64,000 nt of DNA, from NCBI GenBank assembly GCA_045598825.1, contig JAZRUX010000018.1, positions 6,343 to 70,342 on the forward strand. Reading direction: 5' to 3'. The notes under the pieces are model-generated. The model worked only from the letters and a program-made list of their open reading frames with translations, did not search any database and was not told the origin of the DNA. The position numbers and the translations under genes were made by a program. The stretch is from Mycoplasmoidaceae bacterium (lineage in GTDB: Bacteria; Bacillota_I; Bacilli_A; Mycoplasmatales; Mycoplasmoidaceae). Below are positions 45,909-58,497 of this stretch, one piece after another (positions within the stretch are counted from its first letter, which is position 1; each line of letters opens with the position of its first letter).

Positions 45909-48617
45909 ATGTCTAAGAGACAACAACGAAGAGAAAAAAGAAAACTATATATTACCCAAAAGCAAGGTCAGTTTCTAGTTGAACAAGCAACGAAACAACC
46001 TAAAGCTTTATTAAACGATTTTGAGACTTCAGAAAATGGTTTAAGAGAAGAACAACTAGAAGCAAAATACAATAAATATGGTTTAAACACTATTGCTAAT
46101 AAGAATAAGGTAACATGGTATAAAACACTATTTAGTGCTTTTGTTACACCATTTACTGGTATCTTATTAGTCGTTGCACTTTTAAGTGTTTTACTACCAT
46201 ATTGAAGTGGTGATGGGATTCAACTAGAACAATGAGTGTCATTTGGAATTATCATGGGAATGATTGTTCTATCAGGCACACTAAACTTTGTTCAAAACTT
46301 TAAATCAGGCAAGGCTAGTGAAAAGTTAAATGAAATGATTAATACCACTGCCGCAGTAGAACGAGCTGGTATTAAAAAGGAAATCCCAATTGAACAAATT
46401 GTTCCAGGTGACATTATTCACTTAGCAGCAGGTGACATGGTTCCAGCTGATATGCGTCTTTTATATGCAAAAGACTTATTTATTACCCAATCAGCATTAA
46501 CAGGTGAATCTGAACCTGTAGAAAAGACAGCATTAATTCCAGAAAAAGTTACTAATGCATTGCACTGTAACAATATATGTTTTATGGGAACCACTGTTGC
46601 TTCAGGTTCAGCATATGGCATTGCTGTCCAAACAGGTAAAAATACATTTTTAGGTAAAGTTGCCAAAGCTGTAGGAGCAAGACGTCCACAAACTAGCTTT
46701 GACAAAGGTATTAAGAAAGTTAGTCACATTATTCTAATAACAATGGCAATTATGTGTCTAATTATCTTTATTATTAAAGGTTTAAGAAACCAATTTGGTG
46801 GTTATGATTTATTTGGTAAAAACCCTTGAGTTGAAGCCTTAACCTTCTCTTTAGCTGCAGCCATTGCTATTATTCCAGAAATGCTACCAATGATTATTAC
46901 TTTGAACCTCACTAAGGAAGCAATTAAATTTAGTAAACAAAAAGCCATTATTAAAAACGTTAATGCGATCCAAACATTTGGAGCAATGGACGTTTTATGC
47001 ACCGACAAGACTGGAACATTAACTGAAGACCACATTATCTTACAAGAACATTTGAATGTTCAAGGCAAAGAAGATGAAAAGGTTTTATTATATGGTTGTG
47101 TAAACTCATACCACCAAACTGGTTTAAAGAACCTTATTGATAAAGCTATTGTTGAGCGTGCTCAACAAAAGAAAATAATGGATAAAGTTCAAATGTATAA
47201 AAAGGTTGATGAAATCCCTTTTGACTTTGAACGAAGAAGAATGTCCATTATTGTTGCTGATGAACAAGGCACTAAAACCTTAATTACTAAAGGTGCAAGT
47301 GAAGAAATTATAAATGTTTGTTCAAAGATTTTAGTTGGTGATAAAGTAGTTGATCTTGATAAAGATTGAACTAATAAGATAAAGAAACAAATTACTGAAT
47401 TAAATGATAATGGGATGCGAGTAATTTGTGTTGCAATAAACCATGAACCTTTATTAAAAAACGAAGCATTTTCTGATGAAGACGAAAGAGATTTAATGTT
47501 AGTTGGGTATATTGCTCTATTAGACCCCCCAAAGATGTCAGCTAAAGCTGCTGTTAAAGATTTAATTGCAAAAGGTGTTGCAATTAAGATCTTAACTGGT
47601 GACAATGAAAAAGTAACAAAATACATTTGTCGTCAATTAGGTTTAGGTTCAGTCAAAGTATTGTTAGGCGATGATATTGATAAATTGGACTTTGACCAAT
47701 TAAAAGAAAAAGTCAAAGAAACAACAATCTTTGCTAAACTATCACCTGAACAAAAAGCAAACATTGTTTTAGCTTTAAAAGCTAATAAACATGTTGTTGG
47801 ATATATGGGTGATGGAATTAATGATGCTCCAGCAATGCGAGCAGCAGATATTGCTATTTCAGTTGATACTGCAGTTGATATTGCAAAAGAGTCAGCTGAT
47901 GTTATCTTGCTAGAGAAAGATCTAGAAATATTAGGTAATGGTGCATTACAAGGAAGAAGAACATTTGCTAACATTATGAAATATATCAAGATTTCATTAA
48001 GTAGCAATTTTGGTAATATGCTATCAATGTTAGTGGCAGCACTATGGTTGCCATTCAACCCATTAATGCCAATCCAAATCATCTTCATGAACTTGTTCTA
48101 TGACTTTACACAACTATCCATCCCTTGGGATGCAATTGATAATAAGTTCTTGCAAACACCAAAGAATTGGAATGCGATGTCCATTATTAAGTTCATGGTG
48201 ATTTTAGGACCAATTAGTACTATCTTTGATGTAATTACCTTTGTTATCTTATTCTTTGCCTTTGGTTATAACAACCCTGAACAAGTGATGTTATTCAATG
48301 CTGGATGATTTATTGAGGCAGCAGTTAGTCAAACGGTAATTATTCACGTTTTACGAAGTCGAAGAACTGCATTCATTAAAACTAACCCTTCATTACCAGT
48401 CGTATTAGCTACAACTGGTTCAATGTTGTTCTTAGGGGCAACACCATTCATTCCTGGTTTAAACCTTGGTTTACAATTTGTTAGACAACCAGGAGTAACA
48501 TGTTATATCAATCCATGATATTGGTTAGCATTACTTGGAATCATTATTGGTTATATCATAGTAACAGAGTCAACAAAACGACTATATATGAAAGTTAACC
48601 ACAATGAGTGAATATAA
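45909..48617 (+). CDS. mgtA: P-type ATPase, Mg2+-importing (MgtA-like)
   Basis: Pieces 45909, 46236, 46881 and 47415 share one frame. 902 aa. Motifs DKTGTLT, TGDN and GDGINDAPA. An in-frame TAG 5 codons upstream of the ATG fixes the start. Confidence 0.85.
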
Positions 48618-48643
48618 TATAATCTATAAATATTGGTAAAACT

Positions 48644-49117
48644 ATGGAAAAAACTAAAAAAACTAAATTAACCTTTATCTTATTAGGTGCATTTCTAGCT
48701 ACAGCTTTATTCTTTGCTACAATCTTTACTGTCATTTGTGCCTTTAGACAAAATGATAATGTTTTAGGTTACTATATTACTGCAACTATTTTACAAATAG
48801 TTACTGCAACATTATCATTCTTCTTTATGTTCTTTGGTGATAGCTTATTTAATTATTGAAAGCAATGAAAGTCTTATAATGCAAAACCAACAATCTTCTA
48901 TCCTTTTATTGCAACAATCCTTGCTGGTGGAGCAAGTTTATTTGCTTTAATGGCTGGTTTTATTGATAGTGGATGATCAATTGCCCCAGGTGCAAGTGCA
49001 GTGATTAATACTTCCGCTTATTTAATGGAATTTGCATTTATAGCAGGAGCAATCCCAAGCATCATCATGCTACCAATGTTCTTTGACCGTAATAAAAATA
49101 TCAAATTAAAAAAATAA
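48644..49117 (+). CDS. Small integral membrane protein, 157 aa
   Basis: ORF 48644..48859 continues through 3 TGA codons to TAA 49115-49117. Four predicted hydrophobic helices. It lies 26 nt after mgtA. Confidence 0.55.
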
Positions 49118-49140
49118 AGAGGTTAAACCTCTTTTTTTAT
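49112..49140. terminator. Bidirectional terminator
   Basis: AAGAGGT-TAA-ACCTCTTTTTTT between two convergent genes. Confidence 0.55.
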
Positions 49141-50762
49141 TTTTTGCCAATGAATCTCATGTGTTCAATACATGATAATGTTACGGCTATCACACCATCC
49201 ATTGTTCCAGTATATAGAGTTTCTTGTGTATCGTGCATGTTATGAATTTCTGCACCGATAGAAACCATGTTTAATTCTGGATTGAAGTGTTTAAATCAAG
49301 ATACTTCAAGACCACCATGTAAGTGTCGTGTTGTTCATTTAACGCCTTTACTTTCAAATGCTTCCTTTGCAATATTAATGAAGCTTTGATCTTCATCACC
49401 AGGTCATCCATAATACATATTGCGCATTTGGTAATGATCTAGATCGTCAGAGCCAAGGTATGTCTTTGCCATCTTACGACTTTCTTCAATAATCTTTTGA
49501 ATATGTTCGTTGTTGCAACTACGACATAATACTTGTAGTTCCATGCTTGGGTTACATCAGACATCCTTGCCACCTTCCTTAGTGTTATCATAACGGATAT
49601 AGATTGGCCCCATGTTACCACTTGTTTCAACTCAGCCCATTTCTTTATTCTTTCATGTATATGGTCCAAACATTAATTCACAAATTAAGTTAACAATGTT
49701 TGTACTTGTTTCATGAGAGAATGGACGGATTTCAACATTATCTGGTAATTTTGCAATTTCAGTTTGGATCTTTAAACCAGTTTCAGCTGGGAAATCATGA
49801 CGAATTTGTTTATCATGGTCAGCTACAATTTTTTGTACTTCTTCAAAACTTAAGTTTGTGCAGAACGTTGCAAATGAGTGTGTATGTAATAAGTTTGAAC
49901 CATCAGAGTCTGGTGAAGCATATTCAATAATTCTAAAAGAATCATTTGAATTGATGTCTCTTAAAATTTCACCAACTAATCTAACTGCAGTTGCATGTGT
50001 TGCAATTCAGTCACCATCGTGTCCACCTAATAATCCTGATAGATTAATTGTGAAAACATTTAATTTAGTATCTAATGGTTTAGTTTCCAAATCTTTTGGA
50101 ACTGTATAGAAGGAAATTACTGCGCCAGCAGTTGAAATAATAATTTCACCATCAAATGAGTTATCGTTATTAATTAAATATTTAAAACCTTGAACTGGAC
50201 TACCTTTTTCACCATTTTTAGTTAAACCAAGGTATGATGCACCGATCATTCCTTCTTCTTCATCAGTTGTAACGATACAACGAATTGGTCCGTGTTTAAA
50301 GTTGTCTGATTTAGTAATGGCTAACATTGTGCCAATACCAATTCCATTATCAGCACCTAATGATGTTTGGTTGCCTAATGATGTTAAAGTACCATTGTCA
50401 TGGTATTCTAGTTCTACTCCACTAGCTTGCATTTGATTATGAACATCATCGTTTGTAAAAGCAATAACCATATCCATGTGAGCTTGTAGAATGATTGGTT
50501 CATTTCCTTCTAATGCTGGAGCATTAGCTGGAACATCTCATCAAATGTTTCCACTTGATTCGTTTGGATTAAGTGCATCGTTAACTAAATTAGCACGGTA
50601 TTGATCTTCATATACCTCGGTGCCAGGACGTAGTTCTCTTACACGTTCTTTTAAGTAGTCACAAATTCTTCTTGTTCTGAAACTTGGACGATATACTCTT
50701 GACAAAAGCTCAAACTCTTTTAAAGCTTCAGCCTTAATTTCATCTAATATTTCTGGTGTCAT
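49137..50762 (-). CDS. pepD: Xaa-His dipeptidase (PepD, M20 family)
   Basis: Pieces 50007..50477 and 50541..50762 are in frame and extend to TAA 49137-49139 (541 aa). Motifs ..LQAHMDMV.., ..GADNGIGIG.., ..TTDEEEGMIGA.. and C-terminal ..SIGAEIHNMHDTQE.. Confidence 0.8.
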
Positions 50763-50809
50763 AATTTTTCCTTACGTAAATTACTAATAATTATAATAGA
50801 TAACACCAA

Positions 50810-50841
50810 AAAAATAAAAACTAGAGTTTACTCTAGTTTTA
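50810..50841 (-). terminator. Terminator after the DUF31 peptidase gene
   Basis: AAAAACTAGAGT-TT-ACTCTAGTTTT, overlapping the TAA at 50839-50841. Confidence 0.5.
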
Positions 50842-51807
50842 AATATATGGTTCAACAAAGTTTTTATCTATTGAATTGAAAATGCTAAAGAAAGGCTGAA
50901 ATTGTTTTAATCACATATCAGCTATCCCACCCCAATAAATTGCAACAACTTGTCATTCACCTTCAATTTTACCAATTAGCATTGAGCCAGATGATCCCTC
51001 AGGCAATCAATCTAATGGTACATGATAATCATTGGCAAAATTGTATGTTGGTGCAACATCATAAACTTTATCTTCAACAATTTCATGAATGTTTCCAGGA
51101 ATATCTTTTGGCCAATGCGTAAGATAGTTGTCAAATAATTCATTATATTTTCATACTGCCTTGTTATTGCTATTAACAGGGTAACCTGCAACATATGATT
51201 CTACATCTAAATACTCTTTTTCGTTGTCAACCTGAAAAGTTTTTGTAATGTATCCTTTTTCATTGTTATAAAAATTTAAATAATCTAAATTTGCTTTTGG
51301 TTGTCCTTGTGGTTTACCAAAGTTAACTTTGACTACATAAAAATCAATTGCATGTTCTAGATTTTTATCAAAAGTAAAATTTTCTTCATCTTCAATTTCA
51401 TATTTTGAAAAAGGTTGATAATCAGTTAAAGCTAATCCTTCGCTACTATCACTGCAACCATAGTAATAACCAAATGTGCCAGGTTTAGTCTCAGCACAAA
51501 CTTGGTTTTGTCCATCAATGACATGTCAATTTGTAGCAATTCAATATTCATAATCGTCATTGATATCTTTTGTAACATCTGATATCACTCAAGCAGTTCC
51601 TCATACAACACTAGCTCAACCAGGTTGATCGATCTTTTCACCAATGGCCATAATAGAAAAAGTACGGTGAAAAATATATTCTTTTGCAGTTTCTTCAGTT
51701 GTTGGTTCTGGTTCAGGTTCGGGTTGAACTGGATTACAACTAACAAAACATAAAGTATACGGTAAGAGAATTGATGAAAATAAACTAACAATATGCTTGT
51801 GCTTCAT
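50839..51807 (-). CDS. Lipoprotein with a trypsin-like serine peptidase domain (mycoplasma DUF31-type), 322 aa
   Basis: MKHKHIVSLFSSILLPYTLCFVSC lipobox, then a PEPEPEP linker. ..GTAWVISD.., ..WIATNWHV.. (His) and ..LPEGSSGSM.. (Ser). The frame of ORF 51616..51807 reads through TGA to TAA. Confidence 0.65.
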
Positions 51808-51860
51808 ATTTTTATTTTAAATCTTTTTTCGGAAAATAAATAATTTATAATTATTTACAT

Positions 51861-53063
51861 ATGAGAAAAATACCAATTATATTACCTAGTTTGTTTGTGG
51901 CTGCCTTAACACCGACAATAACTTTGAGCAGTTGCTCTAATTCTACATTTGTTGTAACACTTTATGCTGATAAAGGTTCTTTTGGCGAATCAAAAAGTAT
52001 TACATTAACTGGAGTTCCAAAAAATACCAAATTAAAGGATATTAAAGGTTATGTAACACCTTATTTATCTGGCGATGATTTCCGTGGTTGAATTGACAGT
52101 GAAAATAATTATGTTAATGAAAATGATTGCATTAATAAAAATTTATTGCTAAAAGCAACATATGATAGTGATTTCCCTGTTGCTGTTGATAATTTTGAAA
52201 CTGATCCATGAGCAACGATATGTCATTATGCAAACCAAGGTTTAGGTATTTTATGTGCAGCATATAGACAACCTGCTTCTTGATTTGTTGGCAAGGAAAG
52301 AACGATAAGTGTTAATCAATTAAATCACAAAGTACTTGTTGTTGGGACAAACAATGAAACTTATGTTAAAGATGGTGGTCTTAACTTTGCTGCATTAACT
52401 TTCCAATTCAAAAATTTATTATCGCGTTCTGATGGGCTTAGTTTAGGTGTGCCTTGGTCCTCTGGTGGTGATAATATAAACTATGATTATTGAAATTCAG
52501 CATTATGTCACTCATTAAATGGCTCAGATCCAGAATGACATGATCCTGACATAGATAAAAATGCATTTGAAATGATTGAACTAGATAATGCTGAATGGGC
52601 TGACAGCATTAAAGCAGTCAAACAAACTCATAATGTTTGCAAAACTCTACCAACTGAACCGGGAGAAAAAATACCTTGAGAACTTGAAACCCATGAAGAA
52701 AAGGTTTTTTGCCCAACAATTTCTAATTATTTTTCACAAAAAGGCATTGAAGAAACTAGATGAGATCCAATTACTAGATGAGATTACCAATTATATTGTG
52801 CTGAAGGAAAACAATTCCAATACTATGCACAAAATATCATTTTTGATAGTTGCATCGGTGAAGAAGGGACAACAAAGCTTTTCCATAAATTAAAATTGTA
52901 TAACTGCGGTGGGGGTTGTGATGACTATATTGTTGGTACTCCAGTATTAAGCAAACTTGACGCAATCTGGATTGTTCATGATGAAGAGAAAGATTATGGT
53001 AGTTTTTATCAACATTGAGAAGCTAAAAATGGTGGAGCAGTAGCACCATGCTTTTGCATATAG
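51861..53063 (+). CDS. Lipoprotein, paralog 1 (400 aa, ends ..APCFCI)
   Basis: ORF 51861..52091 carries a lipobox (TLSSC). The frame reads through about 8 TGA codons to TAG 53061-53063. Confidence 0.75.
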
Positions 53064-53077
53064 GAGGATCGAAAATT

Positions 53078-54265
53078 ATGAAAAAATTATTTGTTTTAAC
53101 TTCAAGTATCATAACAACTTTTGCGGCTGCAACAATTAGTTCATGTTCTAACCAATCAAGCAGTATTGCTGTTACCCTATATGCAGGTGATGTGGGGACA
53201 TTTGGTCAAACAAGATCATTGTACCTAACAGATTTTGATGCTGGAACAGTATTAAAAGACATTGCTAATTACACCGAGCCAGAATCAGATTATGAATTTT
53301 TGGGTTGAGTTGACGATAACGGTAATGAAATTAAACCTGATACTATTATCAACTCAAGTTTGTTCTTAAGAGCACATTATTCTATTCCACAAGCTGATGA
53401 TTTTACTACTGATCCGTGGTCAACTGTTATTTATTATGCAAACCAAGGATTGGATGCTTTATGCAAAGCATATAGCAAAACACCAGATGATTTTATTGGC
53501 ATGAAAAGAATTTTAAAGATTAATGGTTTGGACCACAAAGTAATGGTTGTTGGAACAAACAATGAAAAATATGAAAAAAATGGTATTGGCCAAATTGCAG
53601 CATTAACATTCCAGTTTGTTACATGTATTTCTAAACAAGATAATGATGGTTTAGCAACTTTTTATGATGGTGAACAACCTATTTTTGATTATTGAAACTC
53701 ACTTTTATGAAATGCATTAAATGGCACCAATGTTCGTTGATCTGATCCCACTATTAGAAAGAGTGTGGCTGAGATGGTTGCAGATGATGAACCATTGGTA
53801 AGCAAAAATATTAAAGAAGTATATCGTGGTGTTAATTCTAGCACAATGGTTTCTCCGAATTATTATCCTTGACACTTAGATACAAGAAAAACAAAGTTTT
53901 TCGAACCAACATTAGCAAACTATTTTTCTGATAAAGGGATAACTGACACTGGTTATGGCGAAGAGTTAACCGACTTATTTAAAAGCCAAGAGGCTATGCA
54001 AAGATGCATGGATGAAGGCGATCAATATCAATATTATGCTTTGGAAGGTAATATTGAAGACAACATATTAACAACTTCTAAGCCTCCAGATTATTACAAA
54101 TGTTTAATTTGCACAACTGTAGATGGCCGTGGTGCAGTAAAATACCATCTTACTTCACCAGTAATCGATGAAAATAATCATAATTGATTTATAGAAGGGG
54201 AAGAACTTCGTGCTAATTTTACTTATGAATCCTCTTGCTGTGTCGTTCCATGCTTCTGCATTTAG
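53078..54265 (+). CDS. Lipoprotein, paralog 2 (395 aa, ends ..VPCFCI)
   Basis: AGGAGG lies 8 nt before ATG 53078. MKKLFVLTSSIITTFAAATISSC lipobox. Pieces 53360 and 53996 are in frame. TAG at 54263-54265. Confidence 0.75.
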
Positions 54266-54286
54266 ACTAAAAAAGGTAACTGGTTT

Positions 54287-54736
54287 TTATTTATATTTGG
54301 TTTGCCAATTTGATCGTTGACTATATCAATCTTTTCATGTTGCTTTTGCTACTTTTAAATTAAGTGTTTTATAATTACCACAACTTGTTGGATTTTGTCC
54401 TGGCATGATTTTAGCTGTAGTTATGAATTTATCGCATTTATCTAAAGATGTTTTTAATCATACCAAATTCTTCTTGCCACCTACAACTAAATAGAATCCA
54501 GTTTGGCACCCCATTGGGCCAAAATATATTTTTTCAGAATAGTTATTAGTGTAGAAGGTGGCAAGCAAGTGTTCTAATGAATGCATTGCAACATTTGATA
54601 AATAGTTGCCCTTGTTTGGTGTCTTGAAACGTAAATCAAAGGTTGTGATTACCAAATTCTTTATTTGTTTTTGATCATGCAAATAAATTCCAGGTTGTAA
54701 TTTTGTATGGTTAATTTTAAATGATCGAATAAGCAT
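54287..54736 (-). CDS. luxS: S-ribosylhomocysteine lyase
   Basis: ..HSLEHLLA.. (HxxEH metal site), ..FDLRFKTPN.. and ..GPMGCQTGFY.. ORF 54458..54736 extends through TGA codons to TAA 54287-54289. 149 aa. Confidence 0.85.
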
Positions 54737-54742
54737 ATGTAC

Positions 54743-57451
54743 CTAATACATTGAAAATAAATTAAAATTACAATTATTTCTATCATTAAGTGGTGTCACC
54801 ATAATGTCGAAATTACAATTTTTAAATTCTTCCTTTGTAAGTTGGTTAGTGCCAAATATCGCATACGTCTGATATACTGGTGGATATAAACTACCAATAC
54901 CGTTAATGTATACATAAGTGTTTTCAAAATCTATATCAACAAAATTATAAATTGACAGAAGATCAACAAGATTACCAACACCAAACATAAAACCTCATAC
55001 AGAGTCCCTATGAATATGCCAATTTTTTGTATCTACGTGTAAATGGTATTGTTGTCCTGCAACAACATCAATTTGCTGGTCACTTTTAATTGCATCCACT
55101 GTGGTCGTCACCATATCAAACATAAATTCATTGTTTAGCAATACATTTTTTGTATTGTCTAATGGATCAACAAAATCAACAAATGCATCAATAATACAGT
55201 CAACTTGGAATCCGCTTTGCTCGGCATTCATTATTGAAGTATCAACAGTTATTGTGTTGTTTTCTCAATCAAATAAAATTCCTTCTACATTGTATCAATT
55301 GTGTTGCCTAATAGAAAAACCTATAAATTCATAATTCTCTTCTATATTGTCGACATGAAATTTTATTTCATTTGCTGTATTTTCGATGACGTCTAAAGTT
55401 GCTCCTTTGCATTTACTAGTATCAATTTTCCAGTAGTTGTTTTCTTTAGGCGCATGAATTGTAAAATCAGTTTTTGGGACTATGACATCACCACTTTCAG
55501 AATCAACAAATGTTAATGAAAAGTGTTTTTCTTGAGTTAGATCTAATGATTGGCCTCAATCCAACAATAAAGTCTGCATAAAAACACCATCCACATAAGT
55601 TCTACCGGTTGGAGAATAGTTGTCTATAGAAAAAGCTGGCATAGGTAACCCATCACTTGATTCAAATATGAATGTCAAATTTTCAAAGGATGAATAGTTG
55701 CCAGAAAAAATGTAATCGTGTATTCTTGTTTTAGTTTCACCTTCTGGCATTGTTAAATCTGTATTTATTCTATATGGTGTGATGTTTGATAATAAGAAAA
55801 TAGACATTGTTTCTTGATTTGCAATTACTATGTCATTCTTTTTGACAATAGGAGCGAATAAATAGTAATTGTCCCATTTAGTGAGATCAAATTTTTCGTT
55901 CCACTCATATGTAATATCAAAATAATGTGTTCCATCATTAGCTGATTCTATCATTTGCGAATGTTCAACTATAATGTTAGGAGCAGGAAGAGGCGTTTGT
56001 TCTCCTGGCCATTCAACAGTTAATAATGGTTTTGACTCAGATCCTGTTTCTCCCGGAACTCTAAAATCGAAATTTGTCTCATAATTTGTAATTGTTAATT
56101 GCGGTTTATCATCATTAATAACTGGTGATCGCTCACCGGCTTGTGTAGCAATTACATAGTCACCAATTTTTACTTCAACATCAAGTGTAGACAAAAATGT
56201 TTTATTTAAGTACATAAATAACTCAATATTTGAGTCTACTAATTGACTAATACTATTAACTGTAACATCAAGATCAAATGTAGTTGTTTTATCTTGTAAT
56301 ACTTCAATGTTACATATTTCAGTTGATACAACAATTAATGAATCATTTGTTTGATTGTTACAGCCTACAAATTCTATTTGATCATAACTATCTTCACTAA
56401 ACTCAAAGTTAGCTTTAAACCCAGCTAAATGAACTTGACTCATGTTTGTCAAATTTGCGGTTTTACTGACACCTAACGTATCTATTGTCTTAGATGTTTC
56501 AGCAAAGTGCAAAGTTAACTCTTTTGACATTTCTGGTTCATCAACACCATCAATGTTAAATTGAATATTACACTTATGATTTTTATGATCATATGATGAT
56601 ACATCATACTCAATGTATATATCAAATGTAGATTTATTAAAGTTGTCATTAACAATATTGACTATTGTTGCAGTTGCAGACTCATTTGCACCATTTGGTC
56701 AATAAATTGTTGGAGTTACATCTATTTCTCTTAAATTGAAATTAGATTTAAAACCCCTAAATAGGAAACCAACTTTTTCTTGCCCAATAACACTATCAAC
56801 TTGAGTTGGAACATATTCATCATCAATATGTTCTATTTCAGGTAATGCTTGAACATCAACTTGAATTCTGTTTTGACTCTCAATGGTTGTTTTATAACCC
56901 ACACATTGGGCATAAACTTCAATTATCCCAATACCTATTGGTTTTAAAACATTATCTTCAAATATAGCTACTCCAGGGTTGGTTGTTTTAAATTCTATGC
57001 TTTTTTCTGCTTGCTCTGGATAAACAACAGCATCAAATTCTAAAACTTCATTATCGTATAAAATAGTTGGATTAGTTTGCCCTTTATTATATGAAATACT
57101 AATTGTTTGTGGAACTAGTATGGTTACAACATTAATACGGATAGCACTATTTTTTATTTCAGAAGCAGGGATTGTTAAAACACCATCATTATGTAGTTCA
57201 AAAGGCTTTTGAGTTTTATCAATAAAATAACTTGATTTTTCTTCGTGAATTGCATAACCGCTAGTAGCAGTGATTTTTATTTTAAAATCATTACCTTTTT
57301 CTTGTGAAATCAATTCATAAGTAAAATTACCTTTGTTTATAGTTCATTGGTAATTTGGCAATATATGTTGTGTATTACAACTAGACAAGACTGTAATTGG
57401 CAAAGTACTAATGCCTATTAAACTTATTAATGCAAACTTCCACTTTTTCAT
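54743..57451 (-). CDS. Large lipoprotein of unknown function with an N-terminal Big_2-like domain, 902 aa
   Basis: Pieces 54743, 54995, 55556 and 56699 share one frame. ATG at 57449-57451. MKKWKFALISLIGISTLPITVLSSC lipobox. TAG stop 6 nt before the luxS ATG. Confidence 0.75.
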
Positions 57452-57531
57452 AGATTACCTCTAATTTGATTATATTAAAGTCTTATTTAATATTTATATA
57501 TTTATTAATATAATAATCTAAAGGAGATAAT

Positions 57532-57840
57532 ATGGCAAAAAAGAAAAAACAAAATAGACATGAGCACCACGTTGTTCCCAACAAAGAAGGTGGATGAGAC
57601 GTTAAAATTAATAACGCTGGACACCGTACTTACCATACTAGAAAAAAATCAACTGCTATTAAAAAAGCACGTGCTATTTCTAGAAAACACAAAACTGAAT
57701 TGGTAATTCACAAAGCTACAGGGCAAATTGAAGTTAAAAACTCACACAAAATTGTTCGTCGTGGAAAACCAGGACCAAAGCCTAAAAAACACAAAAAAGC
57801 CAAAAAAGCTAGACGTACTAAAAAGGCTAAAAGAAGATAA
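57532..57840 (+). CDS. Small basic protein, DUF2188-like core with a poly-Lys/Arg tail, 102 aa
   Basis: AAAGGAGA SD. MAKKKKQNRHEHHVVPNKEGGWDVKINNAGHRTYHTRKKSTAIKKARAISRKHKTELVIHKATGQIEVKN.. followed by ..RRGKPGPKPKKHKKAKKARRTKKAKRR. One internal TGA. Confidence 0.6.
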
Positions 57841-57842
57841 TT

Positions 57843-57868
57843 AAAACTAGGTTAAACCTAGTTTTTTT
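57843..57868. terminator. Palindromic hairpin AAAACTAGGTTAAACCTAGTTTT (copy 2 of 3)
   Basis: It directly follows the TAA at 57840, and lies 27 nt before the ATG of the next lipoprotein gene. Confidence 0.55.
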
Positions 57869-57894
57869 ATTGAATAAGTTATAATTATTGGATT

Positions 57895-58497
57895 ATGAAA
57901 AAGGTTTTAAAATTATTAATTCCTGCTACAACACTACTTGTTCCAGTGAGCGCTGTTGGTTGTTCGTGTAGCACAACTTTTGTTGCCTTTCCTGAGGAAT
58001 ATCTAAATATTAACTCATCCAATGTACTATTGGGTTTTAAAGAAAGTTATGACTCACAAGATAAATTGCAAGGTTACAATACACTAACTATTCCAGCAAA
58101 AATAACAACATTACAAGATGGTACTTTTGCCTATGATGGCAAGAGTGTTCAAGATGGTTCTTTAGCCATCAAGAAGGTTGACTATGAAGGCGAAGATAAC
58201 TCTTGCACAAAATTCGGCAATAGTTCATTTTCTGGATGCATAAATCTAGAAACTGTAATTTTCCCACCTAACTTTACAAGTACGGATGAAAATTTATTTG
58301 GTGGATGTAAAAGTCTTTCAACATTAGACTTTTCCCATGTTATAGGAGAACTACTATTTAAAGATACTATGTTTACTTATGATTATGCTATCAAAGGAAA
58401 AATAATCATAACTAAAAAAGATCAGGTTTTTGCTAAAAGTCTTTTGGAAAAATTAATGGATGCAGGGTGTAAATGGGATATAGAAGAAGTTAAGTAA
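57895..58497 (+). CDS. Small BspA-type LRR lipoprotein, 200 aa
   Basis: Uninterrupted ORF. LLVPVSAVGCSC lipobox. ..FGNSSFSGCINLETVIFP.. and ..LFGGCKSLSTLDFS.. Confidence 0.8.
   Translation: MKKVLKLLIPATTLLVPVSAVGCSCSTTFVAFPEEYLNINSSNVLLGFKESYDSQDKLQGYNTLTIPAKITTLQDGTFAYDGKSVQDGSLAIKKVDYEGEDNSCTKFGNSSFSGCINLETVIFPPNFTSTDENLFGGCKSLSTLDFSHVIGELLFKDTMFTYDYAIKGKIIITKKDQVFAKSLLEKLMDAGCKWDIEEVK

Noticed and set aside
1116-48617. Conserved genes (mnmG, fruA, polC, dxr, cdsA, helicase, tuf, clpB, lon, mgtA) appear as strings of short ORFs, which could be read as pseudogenes or frameshifted genes.
   Set aside because: All pieces of each gene lie in the same frame and are separated only by TGA codons. 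Conserved motifs continue across the joins. This is TGA = Trp decoding, not gene decay.
53048-53077. A longer start for lipoprotein paralog 2 (MLLHIGGSKIMKKLF..).
   Set aside because: The upstream codons overlap the end of paralog 1 and include its stop region. AGGAGG sits 8 nt before ATG 53078, which gives a canonical signal peptide.
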